Below are positions 1 to 10,443 of a DNA stretch of 64,000 bases, one piece after another. Origin of the DNA: an uncultured Dehalococcoidia bacterium (lineage in GTDB: Bacteria; Chloroflexota; Dehalococcoidia; Lucifugimonadales; UBA2985); contig CAZOCC010000028.1 in NCBI GenBank assembly GCA_964578255.1, positions 10,055-74,054 on the forward strand. The letters run 5' to 3'. The translations under genes were made by a program, and so were the position numbers. The notes beneath the pieces are model-generated. The model was given only the letters and a program-made list of their open reading frames with translations. It searched no databases and had not been told where the DNA came from. Position 1 is the first letter of the stretch; each line of letters starts with the position of its first letter.

Positions 1-38
1 AGGAATCAGTTTCATCAATATGCTGGTGTGGCTGCAAG

Positions 39-1112
39 TTACTCGCTTCTCATAAAAAAGTTACGGGCAGGGAACGATATTTCAATTCCTTCCTGCTTAT
101 ACCTTTTGAATAATTCTCTTACAAAGTTGTGCCGTACGGTCCAGGATTCCATATATCCAGAACAACGCAAAACCACCCAGAAATTAATATTCGAATCACC
201 GAAATCGGAGAACCATACCGACGGTTCGTAATCAACAATTGCTCCCTGTGTATTAGCAAGCACGGTTTTAGCTACGTCAATAGTAACACTTTCCACCTGA
301 TCCAGATCACTGAAATAGGACACACCAACCTGAACATAAACAGACATCGCGTCAGCTGGCCTACTATAATTTGTTGCTAGACTCTCAGCTAATTTGGCAT
401 TCGGCATAATTACCATGTTGTCAGACAGCAATCTTATACGAGTGGTCCTCCACCCAATTTGATCTACTTCGCCGATTAGGTCACCTTCTAGTTGCACAAA
501 ATCTCCAACACGTATAGATCCATCAGTGATGACATTAAGTCCTGCAAAGAAATTAGTCAGTGTCCCCTGAAGAGCCAACGCCACCGCCAAACCACCTATG
601 CCCAAACCGGCTACCAAAGGCGCGATAGCAATACCCATCTGATCCAGCACCATCAAGGCACCCATAGCCGTAATGATTATAGAAGCAATACGTTTGGCCA
701 TAGGTAATAGGGAATTCAGGGCTTTTGTTTGCCCTGTTCTCCTCCCCAATTTCCTGATGGACCAACTGAGCAAATCTCCTTGAACCCTAATGCCAGAATA
801 AGTGAGTATCACAATGCTCAGAATTACGAATATATTTCTCATTACTGAGAAATACTCACTAATCGAGGATATCCCCAGAACCCCTGTATACATACCGGAA
901 GCTATTATCCAAAGGGATAAGGCACCATCCACATCATTCAGGATATGCCCACCTACGCTATTTCGCGACCGTGACAGAAGTTTTGACTTGATCCTGTTAC
1001 ATCCAAATCTAACCACAAATGCCACAATTAAACCAACCAATATGCTTGAGGCAAGTTGAATCAATTCAATGGGGGTGACATCAATAGACAAATTAGACAA
1101 ATCCAAGCTCAT
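39..1112 (-). CDS. mscS: Small-conductance mechanosensitive channel (MscS family)
   Basis: N-terminal TM helices; AGLGIGGLAVALALQGTLTNFFAG TM3 motif; GDFV..GEV..IGWRTTRI..PN beta domain. Confidence 0.93.
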   Translation of the reverse strand: MSLDLSNLSIDVTPIELIQLASSILVGLIVAFVVRFGCNRIKSKLLSRSRNSVGGHILNDVDGALSLWIIASGMYTGVLGISSISEYFSVMRNIFVILSIVILTYSGIRVQGDLLSWSIRKLGRRTGQTKALNSLLPMAKRIASIIITAMGALMVLDQMGIAIAPLVAGLGIGGLAVALALQGTLTNFFAGLNVITDGSIRVGDFVQLEGDLIGEVDQIGWRTTRIRLLSDNMVIMPNAKLAESLATNYSRPADAMSVYVQVGVSYFSDLDQVESVTIDVAKTVLANTQGAIVDYEPSVWFSDFGDSNINFWVVLRCSGYMESWTVRHNFVRELFKRYKQEGIEISFPARNFFMRSE

Positions 1113-1380
1113 TTTAGTAACAATCCATTCCGTCAGAGATTACCAACAACTAGCGCATTCTACAATAACCAAGCCTTTGTGTGACCAAAATCCTTATCGG
1201 TTAGTCGCTAATTCCGCACGGGTACACCTTAATTCCCAATATATGCAATGTTATCCGTCACATTACGGTCGGTCAATGGCTAACCAGAATAATACTTCCA
1301 AATATGGATCGTGACGACCTTAAAACAAATGTGTTGATACATGAAGCGAAAGTAATTAATTGGACCGCTGAAAGGCCTGA

Positions 1381-1409
1381 TTGACTTATCTGTAGAGCGC
1401 TGATAGCAT
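1381..1409 (+). promoter_or_regulatory. Sigma70-type promoter of the PAP2 gene, probably leaderless
   Basis: TTGACT (1381-1386), 17 bp, TGa-TAGCAT (1404-1409); ATG 6 nt after the -10. Confidence 0.6.
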
Positions 1410-1415
1410 TCCGTA

Positions 1416-2045
1416 ATGAGTAACAGGATTTTTGTAATGGCCATATTAGTGGCTATTTTGCTATCAGCTGGTGCGGCCACACGGGACTATTTCCTAATAG
1501 ATCTGATGATTTCAAGAACTATCCAGGAAATAGACATCTCTCCATGGAACAGGGTCATGGAAACCGCGTCTGTACTTGGCACCACGTTGCCAATGGCATG
1601 TTTATCGGTAGGATTTTTCTGCTGGTTTCTGTTTAAGCGGCAAAGAGCAGAATATGTAGTCCTCGGCAGTGCCCTGCTCAGCTTTGGCCTAAATCCTATC
1701 CTAAAACTATTGATAGACAGACCGAGGCCAACAGAAGAACTAGTAACGATATGGAGAGACTCTGCCGGGATGGGTTTCCCAAGTGGCCACGCCTACACAT
1801 CAATGGTTTTGTTTGGTCTACTGTTTTATCTAGCCCCCACTATGTTATCAGTAAGAAGATCCAAAACCCTGCGCCTAATGAGGGTGACATGCTTATCAAT
1901 GATAGCTTTAATAGGTATATCCAGAGTATACCTTGGTGTTCACTGGCCAAGCGATGTCCTTGGAGGATTCTTAGTGGGCGGCATTATATTGTCTTTACTT
2001 ATAAGTCTTCATAGGCAATACAAACCTGAATCCAATCAACACTAA
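1416..2045 (+). CDS. PAP2-family membrane phosphatase (undecaprenyl-diphosphatase-like)
   Basis: C1 KLLIDRPRP, C2 FPSGH, C3 SRVYLGVHWPSD motifs; hydrophobic. Confidence 0.92.
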   Translation: MSNRIFVMAILVAILLSAGAATRDYFLIDLMISRTIQEIDISPWNRVMETASVLGTTLPMACLSVGFFCWFLFKRQRAEYVVLGSALLSFGLNPILKLLIDRPRPTEELVTIWRDSAGMGFPSGHAYTSMVLFGLLFYLAPTMLSVRRSKTLRLMRVTCLSMIALIGISRVYLGVHWPSDVLGGFLVGGIILSLLISLHRQYKPESNQH

Positions 2046-2277
2046 CACAATAAACGACCTCACTGCCTACCAGATAGAACATGCCTCCGGTCCTTAAACA
2101 TAAGGACTAATTTTTATTTAGTTAGGCGGGTCCTAATCCTCAGTACTTTTTATATCTGACTCTATGACCAAATATAAAGGGTCTTTAACCAGTATCATCG
2201 TACTGGCTGTTATATTAATACACAGGTATAATGACTCCCATGAACCTCCAATTTATACTGGCTGTTAGGGGTTAGCC

Positions 2278-3183
2278 ATGCATTGGGCTTTAGTGGCCCT
2301 CATAGGTGCGGGCATTACAGCCCTAGTTAGTATTTCGGACAAAACCGTCATACACAAGTATGCAAGGACGCCATGTACTTTACCATTGCTAATAGGCATG
2401 GCTCAGACAACAGTTGGCATTGTTACATTACTGGTAACCCACGTGCCAAATAACGCTGATTTAACATCAATCTTGTCGGCAATGGTATCAGGAGCACTCT
2501 TCGGACTAAGCGGTATACTTTCCCAAAGAGTCTTATACACCCAAGAAGTCTCCAGAACCATCCCAATAACCCAATCCGCTCCTATATTTGCCGCTATCTT
2601 GGCCCTGGTAATACTGAATGAGGCAATAACTCCTATTCAGTGGCTCGGAATAATCATAACAGTAATAGGCAGCATGCTCATATCAGTCCGGACAGATAGT
2701 GTATCAGGGAGTATATTTCTGGATAAATCCTTTTACTTACTAATGATATCGGCCTTCTTCTTTGGTGCCGCTAACGTAATTGGCAAGGTAGCCCTGAATG
2801 AATTACCGCTGATATTTACACATGGCCTAAGAATGCTTTCGTTAGGCATCATATTCTTGATCTTCAACCTACGACCTGAACCTTGGTCTGACGTTAAACA
2901 ATTCTTCAAAGATCGCAGTCCCGCTCTTTTATTTGTATCCGTTAACGAATTCTTAACAGCAAATTTGGGTCTGATAACCTTCCTTTGGGCTTTATCCCTA
3001 GGACCGGCGTCCCTGGTTTCCGCAATGTTTGGAACTCGGGCACTATTTGTAGTGCTATATAGTCTATCTATAGCCACGGTGTGGAAAGGAGCTCTAGGAG
3101 AAGAAATTGCCGCTAGCAGTACCCTAAATAAAGTCTTTTCCACAAGCCTGATTGTCGTTGGAGTCACTGTTGTGGCAATGTGA
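2278..3183 (+). CDS. EamA/DMT-family transporter
   Basis: About 10 TM helices in two repeats; PIFAAILALVILNE motif. Confidence 0.85.
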   Translation: MHWALVALIGAGITALVSISDKTVIHKYARTPCTLPLLIGMAQTTVGIVTLLVTHVPNNADLTSILSAMVSGALFGLSGILSQRVLYTQEVSRTIPITQSAPIFAAILALVILNEAITPIQWLGIIITVIGSMLISVRTDSVSGSIFLDKSFYLLMISAFFFGAANVIGKVALNELPLIFTHGLRMLSLGIIFLIFNLRPEPWSDVKQFFKDRSPALLFVSVNEFLTANLGLITFLWALSLGPASLVSAMFGTRALFVVLYSLSIATVWKGALGEEIAASSTLNKVFSTSLIVVGVTVVAM

Positions 3184-3265
3184 ATAAACTGATGATATAA
3201 GCAAGTTAACTAACCAGGCTGAGGTTAATGCCGTACCGCAATAGCTCACACCTAAGATTAAAGCA

Positions 3266-3287
3266 GATATTTGGAATTCCAAATATC
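3266..3287. repeat. Perfect 22-bp palindrome between convergent genes (possible bidirectional terminator hairpin)
   Basis: GATATTTGGAA/TTCCAAATATC. Confidence 0.5.
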
Positions 3288-3350
3288 CCAGTGGATGGAG
3301 GTTATTCCTTCTGTTCAGCTAAGGTAAAAACCCGAACTCTATACCTGTAA

Positions 3351-3806
3351 TCATTTTTCGGCATACTTATCAATAGCGTCTTGAAGGGTTGCCCAGGCAA
3401 GCAACGCACATTTAATTCTGATTGGGAAATTCTTAACTCCAGCCAATGCCTCCGCTTCGCCCATATCTATATCACCATAGCCAGATAAATCTTTGCCGTA
3501 CATCATGTCTCTAAAGCACATGTATAGTGATTGGGCTTCATCCAGGTTCTTCCCCTTAATGGCTTCTCCCAAAATTGAAGTGGATGCACAACTTATTGAA
3601 CACCCAACACCTCTAAAGCTCACATCTTCTACCGTGCCGTTTGATAATTTAATCTGAATTTCGACTTCATCCCCACAGAACGGGTTCATTCCCTCCGTTG
3701 CTATATCGGCAGTCTCCAAATATTTCTGATTCCTGGGAGTACGGTAATGGTCAAGTATGATCTCCTGATAGAGATCATCAATCTCTGTAAAATCGAAATT
3801 GCTCAT
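3351..3806 (-). CDS. sufU: SUF system sulfur-transfer protein SufU
   Basis: LYQEIILDHY, NPFCGD, GCSIS, RIKCA; SufU-type insertion between Cys2 and Cys3; follows sufS. Confidence 0.93.
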   Translation of the reverse strand: MSNFDFTEIDDLYQEIILDHYRTPRNQKYLETADIATEGMNPFCGDEVEIQIKLSNGTVEDVSFRGVGCSISCASTSILGEAIKGKNLDEAQSLYMCFRDMMYGKDLSGYGDIDMGEAEALAGVKNFPIRIKCALLAWATLQDAIDKYAEK

Positions 3807-3837
3807 GCCTATAACAGCTCCAGTAATCTCATCTCAT

Positions 3838-5064
3838 TCATTTTTTGAAATAGTTCAACGCTGCTCGCAGAGCGTCTACGAGTATATCTATTTCTTGCTC
3901 TGTATTGTATATATAAAAACTTGCCCTAGCTGTGGCGGGAACTTTTAGTTTGCTCATAAGTGGCATGGCGCAATGATGACCAGTCCTAATAGCAATACCT
4001 TCTCGATCCAATATGGTACCGACATCGTGAGGGTGTACACCACCTCCATAGAAAGACACGATACCTCCACGTTTTTCGACGTCCGTAGGTCCATATACTT
4101 TCAATTCTTCTAAATCCTTGAAAGCATTGAGCGCATATTCTGTGAGCTTGATTTCATGATCACGAACCGCATTCATTCCCAATGATACCAAATAATCAAT
4201 GGCAGATCCCATAGCAATAGTATCAGCTATATTTGGTGTGCCCGCCTCAAATCTCATCGGCAAATCATTCCAGGTTGCAGAGTCATCCCAAACCTGTCGG
4301 ACCATTTCTCCACCCCGCAAAAACGGTTCCATGTCCTGCAAAACCTCATCCTTAACGTACAAAACACCTATTCCTGTAGGCCCCAACATTTTGTGGCCAG
4401 AAAAGGCCAGGAAATCGCAGTTCATGTCCACTACATCCACTTTGATGTGAGGAACACTTTGTGCACCGTCAATCAGAATTTTTGCTCCGACACGGTGAGC
4501 CATTTCACCCAATTCTTTCACCGGGTTAATAGTCCCAACAACATTCGACATATGGTTTAGGGCCAGGAGTTTGGTTCTAGACGTCAGCAAACTGTCCAAA
4601 TCGGATAGATCAAGGCTCTGGTCTTCAGTCAATGGGATAAATCTCAACAGGGCCCCTCGATCTTGAGCGACCTTTTGCCATGGAACCAGATTGCTGTGAT
4701 GTTCCATGTGGGTAGTAAGAATTTCATCCCCTTCTACAATGTTGTGTTGAGCCCAACTCTGGGCAACCAAATTAATAGCCTCTGTAGTATTCCTTACAAA
4801 TATTAGGTTGTCTTTAGACGGACTGCATATGAAATCAGAACACTTCTGGCGAGCTTCTTCATAACATTCAGTTGCCTCCATACTCAGCAAATGAACCCCG
4901 CGATGAATATTAGAATTATATCTTTCGTAGTATTCGGTCAATGCACTGATAACCGAACTGGGTTTTTGGGAAGTAGCAGCGTTATCCAAGTACACCAAGG
5001 GCTTACCATAGACTTCCCTAGACAGAATAGGGAAGTCTTTCCTTATGGATTCTACGTCAAGCAT
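3838..5064 (-). CDS. sufS: Cysteine desulfurase SufS (start set at MLDVESIRKDF; ORF track starts at 5091)
   Basis: YLDNAATSQKP, FSGHKMLGPTG PLP lysine, RTGHHCA class II catalytic Cys. Confidence 0.96.
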   Translation of the reverse strand: MLDVESIRKDFPILSREVYGKPLVYLDNAATSQKPSSVISALTEYYERYNSNIHRGVHLLSMEATECYEEARQKCSDFICSPSKDNLIFVRNTTEAINLVAQSWAQHNIVEGDEILTTHMEHHSNLVPWQKVAQDRGALLRFIPLTEDQSLDLSDLDSLLTSRTKLLALNHMSNVVGTINPVKELGEMAHRVGAKILIDGAQSVPHIKVDVVDMNCDFLAFSGHKMLGPTGIGVLYVKDEVLQDMEPFLRGGEMVRQVWDDSATWNDLPMRFEAGTPNIADTIAMGSAIDYLVSLGMNAVRDHEIKLTEYALNAFKDLEELKVYGPTDVEKRGGIVSFYGGGVHPHDVGTILDREGIAIRTGHHCAMPLMSKLKVPATARASFYIYNTEQEIDILVDALRAALNYFKK

Positions 5065-5133
5065 TCTACAAGTCTTTCCCTCTAGTGACATTCAATATGC
5101 ATGATATTTCTACAATCACCAGCATGGATTTAT

Positions 5134-6489
5134 TCAGGCATCTAACCAACTGTCCAACTTAGTTTCAATTAAACCACTAATTTGGACACGCAATGCCTCG
5201 TTAGTCACAGTGTCAACAACTTCACTAAGGAAGGCCCTAGTTAGCATAGACATGGCAACTTTTTCATCTATCCCTCTACTTCTCAGGTAAAACAGGCTAT
5301 TTTCGTCTATCTGACCACATGCTGCTCCATGGCCGCATTTCACATCATCACAGTAAACCCAGAAGGCAGGCTTGGTATCAGCTTCGGCTTCGTTAGATAG
5401 CAATAAATTCTTATCTACTTGGCTGGCATTAACTTTCACTGCCCCTTCACGCACGATAATGCTACCATGAAATACAGATCGGGATTTTCCATCCAATATC
5501 CCTTTGTAAAGTTCCCTGCTTTCAGTGTAAGGCTTGGCATGATCAATGATGACCTGGTTATCTACATGTTGATTTCCATTTACCATATACAACCCGTTAA
5601 GATTACACGTACTACCTTCATCCTCGGTAAGAACATTGAGATTATTCCTCACCAATTTACCGCCCAAATCGACATTGACAGAAGAAAATCTGCTGTCCCT
5701 ACCTAGAGCTACCTCAGTAGTACTAACGTGATAACCATTGTCACTATGCTGCTGTATTTTGCTATAATTGACATTAGCTCCATCAGCTAATCGTATCTCG
5801 GTCACGTTATTGCTAAAATATCGGCCCGAGTCAGACAAACATCCGAAGGATTCCACCACGCTGACCTTACTGTTTACATCGGCAACAATAAGGACTCGGG
5901 TATTGGCGAAAATATCGACCCCTTGAGCCCCAGTCAAAAACAGCAATTTTATCGGTTCATCTATGCTAGTTGATTCAGGAATATACAGGAAGGCCCCATC
6001 GTCAGTACAAGCTGTATTAAGGGCAGTAAAGCCATTGGAGTCACAATCAGCATACCTGGACAGATTATCTCGCACCAAATCTGAAGCAAGTACCACGGCA
6101 TCAGCGAGGTTCATTACCATCACGCCCGAGGGCAAATTGCCCACACTGGACAGCCCCGATGAATAACGGCCGTTAACAAATACCAGTTGAATGGCTGAGG
6201 GACCGCCCAAATCTATAGAATTAAGGGCATCACTACCAGAATCGTCAATGACTTCTGCTACAGCCGGTTGAAATCCTCCTTTGGCTATTGGACCAACGTC
6301 AGTATATTTCCATTCCTCGTTACCATGTCTGGCTGTCGGCAAACCTATCTTCTGAAATTTAACAGCTGCAGCCTCGCGTAGTTCACGAATCCAATGTGGA
6401 TTCGTATCACTAAAGCGTTCTTGAACGGCTTGGATATCTGACAAGGAGATTTCTTTGCTAGCATTACGATCGATAGACATAAAAATCAC
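5134..6489 (-). CDS. sufD: Fe-S cluster assembly protein SufD
   Basis: EEWKYT; DDVKCGHGA; FYLRSRGI; position in suf operon. Confidence 0.93.
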   Translation of the reverse strand: MIFMSIDRNASKEISLSDIQAVQERFSDTNPHWIRELREAAAVKFQKIGLPTARHGNEEWKYTDVGPIAKGGFQPAVAEVIDDSGSDALNSIDLGGPSAIQLVFVNGRYSSGLSSVGNLPSGVMVMNLADAVVLASDLVRDNLSRYADCDSNGFTALNTACTDDGAFLYIPESTSIDEPIKLLFLTGAQGVDIFANTRVLIVADVNSKVSVVESFGCLSDSGRYFSNNVTEIRLADGANVNYSKIQQHSDNGYHVSTTEVALGRDSRFSSVNVDLGGKLVRNNLNVLTEDEGSTCNLNGLYMVNGNQHVDNQVIIDHAKPYTESRELYKGILDGKSRSVFHGSIIVREGAVKVNASQVDKNLLLSNEAEADTKPAFWVYCDDVKCGHGAACGQIDENSLFYLRSRGIDEKVAMSMLTRAFLSEVVDTVTNEALRVQISGLIETKLDSWLDA

Positions 6490-6495
6490 CCGTAA

Positions 6496-7251
6496 TTATT
6501 GCAAACCGGAGGCTGTTTCAAATCGGTCATATCCCTCAGATTCTATCTCTAGTGCTAAGTCTTTATCGCCAGACTCAATAACTTTTCCGTCTACAAAGAC
6601 ATGGACTAAGTCAGGTACCACCAGATTTAATATTCTCTGATAATGGGTGACCAAAATAACCGCATTATCCGAGTTTCTCAAACTGTTGATGCCCTCAGCC
6701 ACAATCCTCAGTGCGTCCACGTCTAATCCGGAATCCGGCTCATCTAGGATAGCTAGTTTGGGTTGAAATACAGCCATTTGCAAAATTTCATTTCGCTTCT
6801 TTTCTCCACCAGAGAAGCCTTCGTTCACTGCCCTCTTAGTCAGATTGCGATCCATATGTACAACCTCTACTTTTTCATTGAGGAAACGGTCAAATTTTAA
6901 TACATCCATCTCTTCCAGTTGTTTACTTTTTCTAATGGCATTAAAACCAGCCCTCATGAAATGATCTAATCTGACCCCAGGCACTTCCGTGGGATGTTGA
7001 AAACACAAAAATAACCCTGCCCTGGCTCGATTTTCTGGAAGCATACCCAATAATTCGTCACCGTCAAACAAAACACTACCAGAGGTTGCTTCATAAGAAG
7101 GATTCCCCGCCAAAACGTTCGCCAGAGTGCTTTTACCAGACCCGTTCGGACCCATTATTGCATGGACCTCTCCAGGATTTACATCCAAGTCAACGCCTTT
7201 AAGTATCTCGACGCCACCTATAGCGGCATGAAGGTCTCTTATTTGAAGCAA
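6496..7251 (-). CDS. sufC: Fe-S cluster assembly ATPase SufC
   Basis: GPNGSGKST Walker A; FSGGEKKRNEILQ; LDEPDSGLD; THYQRIL. Confidence 0.96.
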   Translation of the reverse strand: MLQIRDLHAAIGGVEILKGVDLDVNPGEVHAIMGPNGSGKSTLANVLAGNPSYEATSGSVLFDGDELLGMLPENRARAGLFLCFQHPTEVPGVRLDHFMRAGFNAIRKSKQLEEMDVLKFDRFLNEKVEVVHMDRNLTKRAVNEGFSGGEKKRNEILQMAVFQPKLAILDEPDSGLDVDALRIVAEGINSLRNSDNAVILVTHYQRILNLVVPDLVHVFVDGKVIESGDKDLALEIESEGYDRFETASGLQ

Positions 7252-7270
7252 GACACACCCCCTTGTATCA

Positions 7271-8728
7271 TCATCCTACCGTACCCTCTAAGTTCATCTC
7301 CAAGAGGCGCGTTGCTTCAACTGCAAATTCTAATGGGAGCTGTTTAAAAACTTCTTTGCAGAAACCATTAATGATTAGAGAATGTGCTTCCTCAATGGAA
7401 ATACCTCTCTGATTGCAATAAAACAATTGGGCCTCACTCACCTTAGAAGTAAAAGCCTCATGCTCCAAATGGGCTGAATTATTACGAACTTCAACATATG
7501 GTGTGGTGTGAGCACCACACTCATCACCCAACAATAAGGAGTCACATTGGGTAAAATTCCAAGCCTTATCCGCTTTTGGATTAACCCTTACTAGTCCCCT
7601 ATAAGTATTTTGAGCATGGCCAGCAGAAATACCTTTAGCAATAATTGTGCTGCGAGTATTCTTACCTAAATGTGTCATCTTGGTACCCGTGTCAGCCTGT
7701 TGATAACCTTTCGTCAAGGCCACTGAGTAGAATTCCCCTATTGAATTGTCACCTTGAAGTATAACGCTCGGGTATTTCCATGTGATTGCCGATCCAGTTT
7801 CTACTTGAGTCCATGATATTTTGGAGTTTTTACCAGAACATTTGCCGCGCTTGGTGACAAAATTATATATACCACCTTTTCCATTCTCATCGCCAGGATA
7901 CCAATTTTGGATGGTAGAGTACTTGATTTCAGCATTAGCCTCGGTGAACAATTCAACAACTGCGGCATGCAGTTGATTTTCATCTCTCATTGGTGCACTG
8001 CAACCCTCTAAATAACTGACATAACTACCCTCATCAGCGATGATCAATGTCCGTTCAAATTGACCAGAACCTTGAGTGTTAATACGAAAATATGTTGTGA
8101 GTTCCATAGGGCAACGCACGCCTTTTGGCACATAGCAAAACGAACCATCAGAGAATACAGCCGCATTAAGGGCTGCATAAAAATTATCGGAATATGGCAC
8201 CACGGATCCCATATACTTTCTAACTAATTCCGGGTGATTCTGAACTGCTTCAGACATCGAACAAAAGATTATCCCCTGTTTCAATAGCTCTTCCTTAAAT
8301 GTAGTAGCTATCGAAACACTATCGAAAACGGCATCCACTGCAACTCCAGCCAAGCGTTTTTGCTCCTGCAGTGGAATGCCTAGCTTTTCATATGTATTCA
8401 ATATCTCAGGATCTACATCATCGAGACTCTCTAATTTCTCCTGGGCCTTGGGTGCAGCGTAATAAATTATGTTCTGGAAATCTATGGGAGGATGACTTAT
8501 GTTAGCCCAACCAGGTAATCGCTGTTTATCCATCAATGACACGAAATGCCTGTAGGCTTTAAGCCGTGATTCCAACATCCATTCTGGCTCATTCTTCTTG
8601 GCAGATATAAACCTCACGGTGTCTTCATTTAATCCAGGAGGGAGCGTTTCAGGTTCAATGTCAGTAACAAAACCGTACTTATATTCCTGCTTAGCTACAT
8701 CTTTAACTACTTGATTGGAGCTAGTCAC
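7271..8728 (-). CDS. sufB: Fe-S cluster assembly protein SufB
   Basis: YKYGF; GQFERTLII; YLEGCSAP; QADTGTKM; CDSLL; EHEA. Confidence 0.97.
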   Translation of the reverse strand: MTSSNQVVKDVAKQEYKYGFVTDIEPETLPPGLNEDTVRFISAKKNEPEWMLESRLKAYRHFVSLMDKQRLPGWANISHPPIDFQNIIYYAAPKAQEKLESLDDVDPEILNTYEKLGIPLQEQKRLAGVAVDAVFDSVSIATTFKEELLKQGIIFCSMSEAVQNHPELVRKYMGSVVPYSDNFYAALNAAVFSDGSFCYVPKGVRCPMELTTYFRINTQGSGQFERTLIIADEGSYVSYLEGCSAPMRDENQLHAAVVELFTEANAEIKYSTIQNWYPGDENGKGGIYNFVTKRGKCSGKNSKISWTQVETGSAITWKYPSVILQGDNSIGEFYSVALTKGYQQADTGTKMTHLGKNTRSTIIAKGISAGHAQNTYRGLVRVNPKADKAWNFTQCDSLLLGDECGAHTTPYVEVRNNSAHLEHEAFTSKVSEAQLFYCNQRGISIEEAHSLIINGFCKEVFKQLPLEFAVEATRLLEMNLEGTVG

Positions 8729-8829
8729 GAGTCAGATCCTCACAATACATATAAGATATTTCAAACGATCTAGGAGCCTAAAATTCGCTTGCGGCAATCA
8801 TGCCATACAAGCTATCAATTTCATAAATA

Positions 8830-8854
8830 ATTGTTGACCTCTCAGGTCAACAAT
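8830..8854. promoter_or_regulatory. Palindromic operator at the suf transcription start (Rrf2/IscR/SufR-like)
   Basis: ATTGTTGACCT-ctc-AGGTCAACAAT, a perfect 11-3-11 inverted repeat just downstream of the -10. Confidence 0.7.
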
Positions 8855-8855
8855 C

Positions 8856-8884
8856 AAGATACCATCCTAAAATTACTGCGTCAA
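8856..8884 (-). promoter_or_regulatory. Sigma70-type promoter of the suf operon
   Basis: Minus strand TTGACG, 17 bp, TGg-TATCTT. Confidence 0.6.
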
Positions 8885-9026
8885 GTGCGTGAATGTAACG
8901 TGTGACATGGGTGACCATCCTAGCTTAACTGACGTTATCTACGTCTACATAGCAGCTAGCAATCTGAGATTATTAGACCCTGACCATGAATTATGTACTG
9001 GATCATCTCCGATGGTGTGCTCCCAA

Positions 9027-9055
9027 TTGACTTAAGCATGGGCCAATGATATAGT
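9027..9055 (+). promoter_or_regulatory. Sigma70-type promoter of guaB3
   Basis: TTGACT, 17 bp, TGa-TATAGT. Confidence 0.62.
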
Positions 9056-9088
9056 CGCTCAATCATATTTACTACTAGGTGGCAACCA

Positions 9089-10231
9089 TTGCAGATTCCT
9101 CATCTTAAAGAAGTGCGCAGGGCTTACGGCTTTGACGAGGTGGCAATCGTTCCAGGAGATGTAACCGTCAATCCTGACCAGACTGATCTTGATTTCTCTA
9201 TAGGAGATATTAAGTTGTCTATACCATTCCTTGCATCCTCGTTAGATGCAATAGCTTCCCCGCAATTCGCGGCCAAGATCGGGGCCCTTGGAGGCCTAGC
9301 AGTACTTAACCTGGAAGGCATCTACACTCGCTACAAGGACGCTGAACAGGTAATACGGCAAATAGTAGAAGTTCCACAAGAAGAAGCCACTTCTCTGTTA
9401 CAAAAAATTTACTCTTCACCAATGAAAGATAATCTTGTAGCAGAAAGAATTCAAGAAATCAAGAAGGCCGGTGTTGCTTGTGCTGTGTCGGTAACTCCAG
9501 CCAATGCCAAACGGCTGATACCGATAGCCGTGGAGGCCGGTGCAGATGTGCTCTTCATCCAATCAACAGTAACGACTGCCCGACACATTTCAAAAAGCAC
9601 GGTTGGTCTTAATTTGGCTGATGTTTGCAAACAATCCAAAATACCGGTAGTAGTAGGCAATACGGTAACATATAACGCCACTCTCGAGCTTATGGAAACT
9701 GGCGTACAAGGAATACTGGTAGGCGTAGGACCCGGCGCCATCTGTACTACCCGGGAAGTAGAGGGAATAGGAGTGCCACAGGTAACAGCTACCTTGGAAT
9801 GCGCGGCAGCTCGGCAAGAATATTTCCAGCGAACTGGACGGTATGTACCGATCATTACAGACGGCGGCATGCGAACAGGCGGGGATATCTGTAAAGCCAT
9901 TGCCAGTGGGGCAGATGCCGTAATGCTCGGCACAACTTTTGCACAGGCTGAAGAAGCTCCTGGCATGGGATACAACTGGGGTATGGCAAGTTTCCATCCA
10001 GCGCTGCCGCGTGGCACAAGGATAAATGTAGGCTCCAAAGGGCCACTGGAGCAAATCCTATTCGGCCCAACATCTATGACTGACGGCACTCAAAACTTAA
10101 CCGGAGCCCTCCGGGCTGCTATGGGTATGTGCGGATGCTTCACTATTGCTGACATGCAAAATGCCGAGCTTGTTATCGCACCCGCTATCAAGACGGAAGG
10201 AAAATACTTCCAGCTAGCTGGCAGATGGTAG
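9089..10231 (+). CDS. guaB3: GuaB3-family IMP dehydrogenase-related protein (no CBS domains)
   Basis: RRAYGFDEVAIVP N-terminus; GVGPGAICTTR catalytic loop; DGGMRTGGDI; LPRGTRI. Confidence 0.9.
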   Translation: MQIPHLKEVRRAYGFDEVAIVPGDVTVNPDQTDLDFSIGDIKLSIPFLASSLDAIASPQFAAKIGALGGLAVLNLEGIYTRYKDAEQVIRQIVEVPQEEATSLLQKIYSSPMKDNLVAERIQEIKKAGVACAVSVTPANAKRLIPIAVEAGADVLFIQSTVTTARHISKSTVGLNLADVCKQSKIPVVVGNTVTYNATLELMETGVQGILVGVGPGAICTTREVEGIGVPQVTATLECAAARQEYFQRTGRYVPIITDGGMRTGGDICKAIASGADAVMLGTTFAQAEEAPGMGYNWGMASFHPALPRGTRINVGSKGPLEQILFGPTSMTDGTQNLTGALRAAMGMCGCFTIADMQNAELVIAPAIKTEGKYFQLAGRW

Positions 10232-10443
10232 CACCAGAGATTCTAAACAATATCCACCTCCCAATCCCTAGGCATTTTGCCTGAAACTGAGAAACCTATA
10301 TTCTATCCCTTGGATTAATCAATGGGGGCTATCTACCTAACTTAGCTTGCGATTAATAAACATACTGCTTGATTTTGACTGTGAACAGCTTCTGATATAC
10401 TCTACTATATCTGCTAACCCACAGCTACATACCAAAAGTTATT

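Noticed and set aside
9451-10089. 212-aa antisense ORF inside guaB3, and many similar 60-150 aa shadow ORFs elsewhere
   Set aside because: They lie opposite or out of frame within well-conserved genes, show no motifs, and are typical codon-bias shadows
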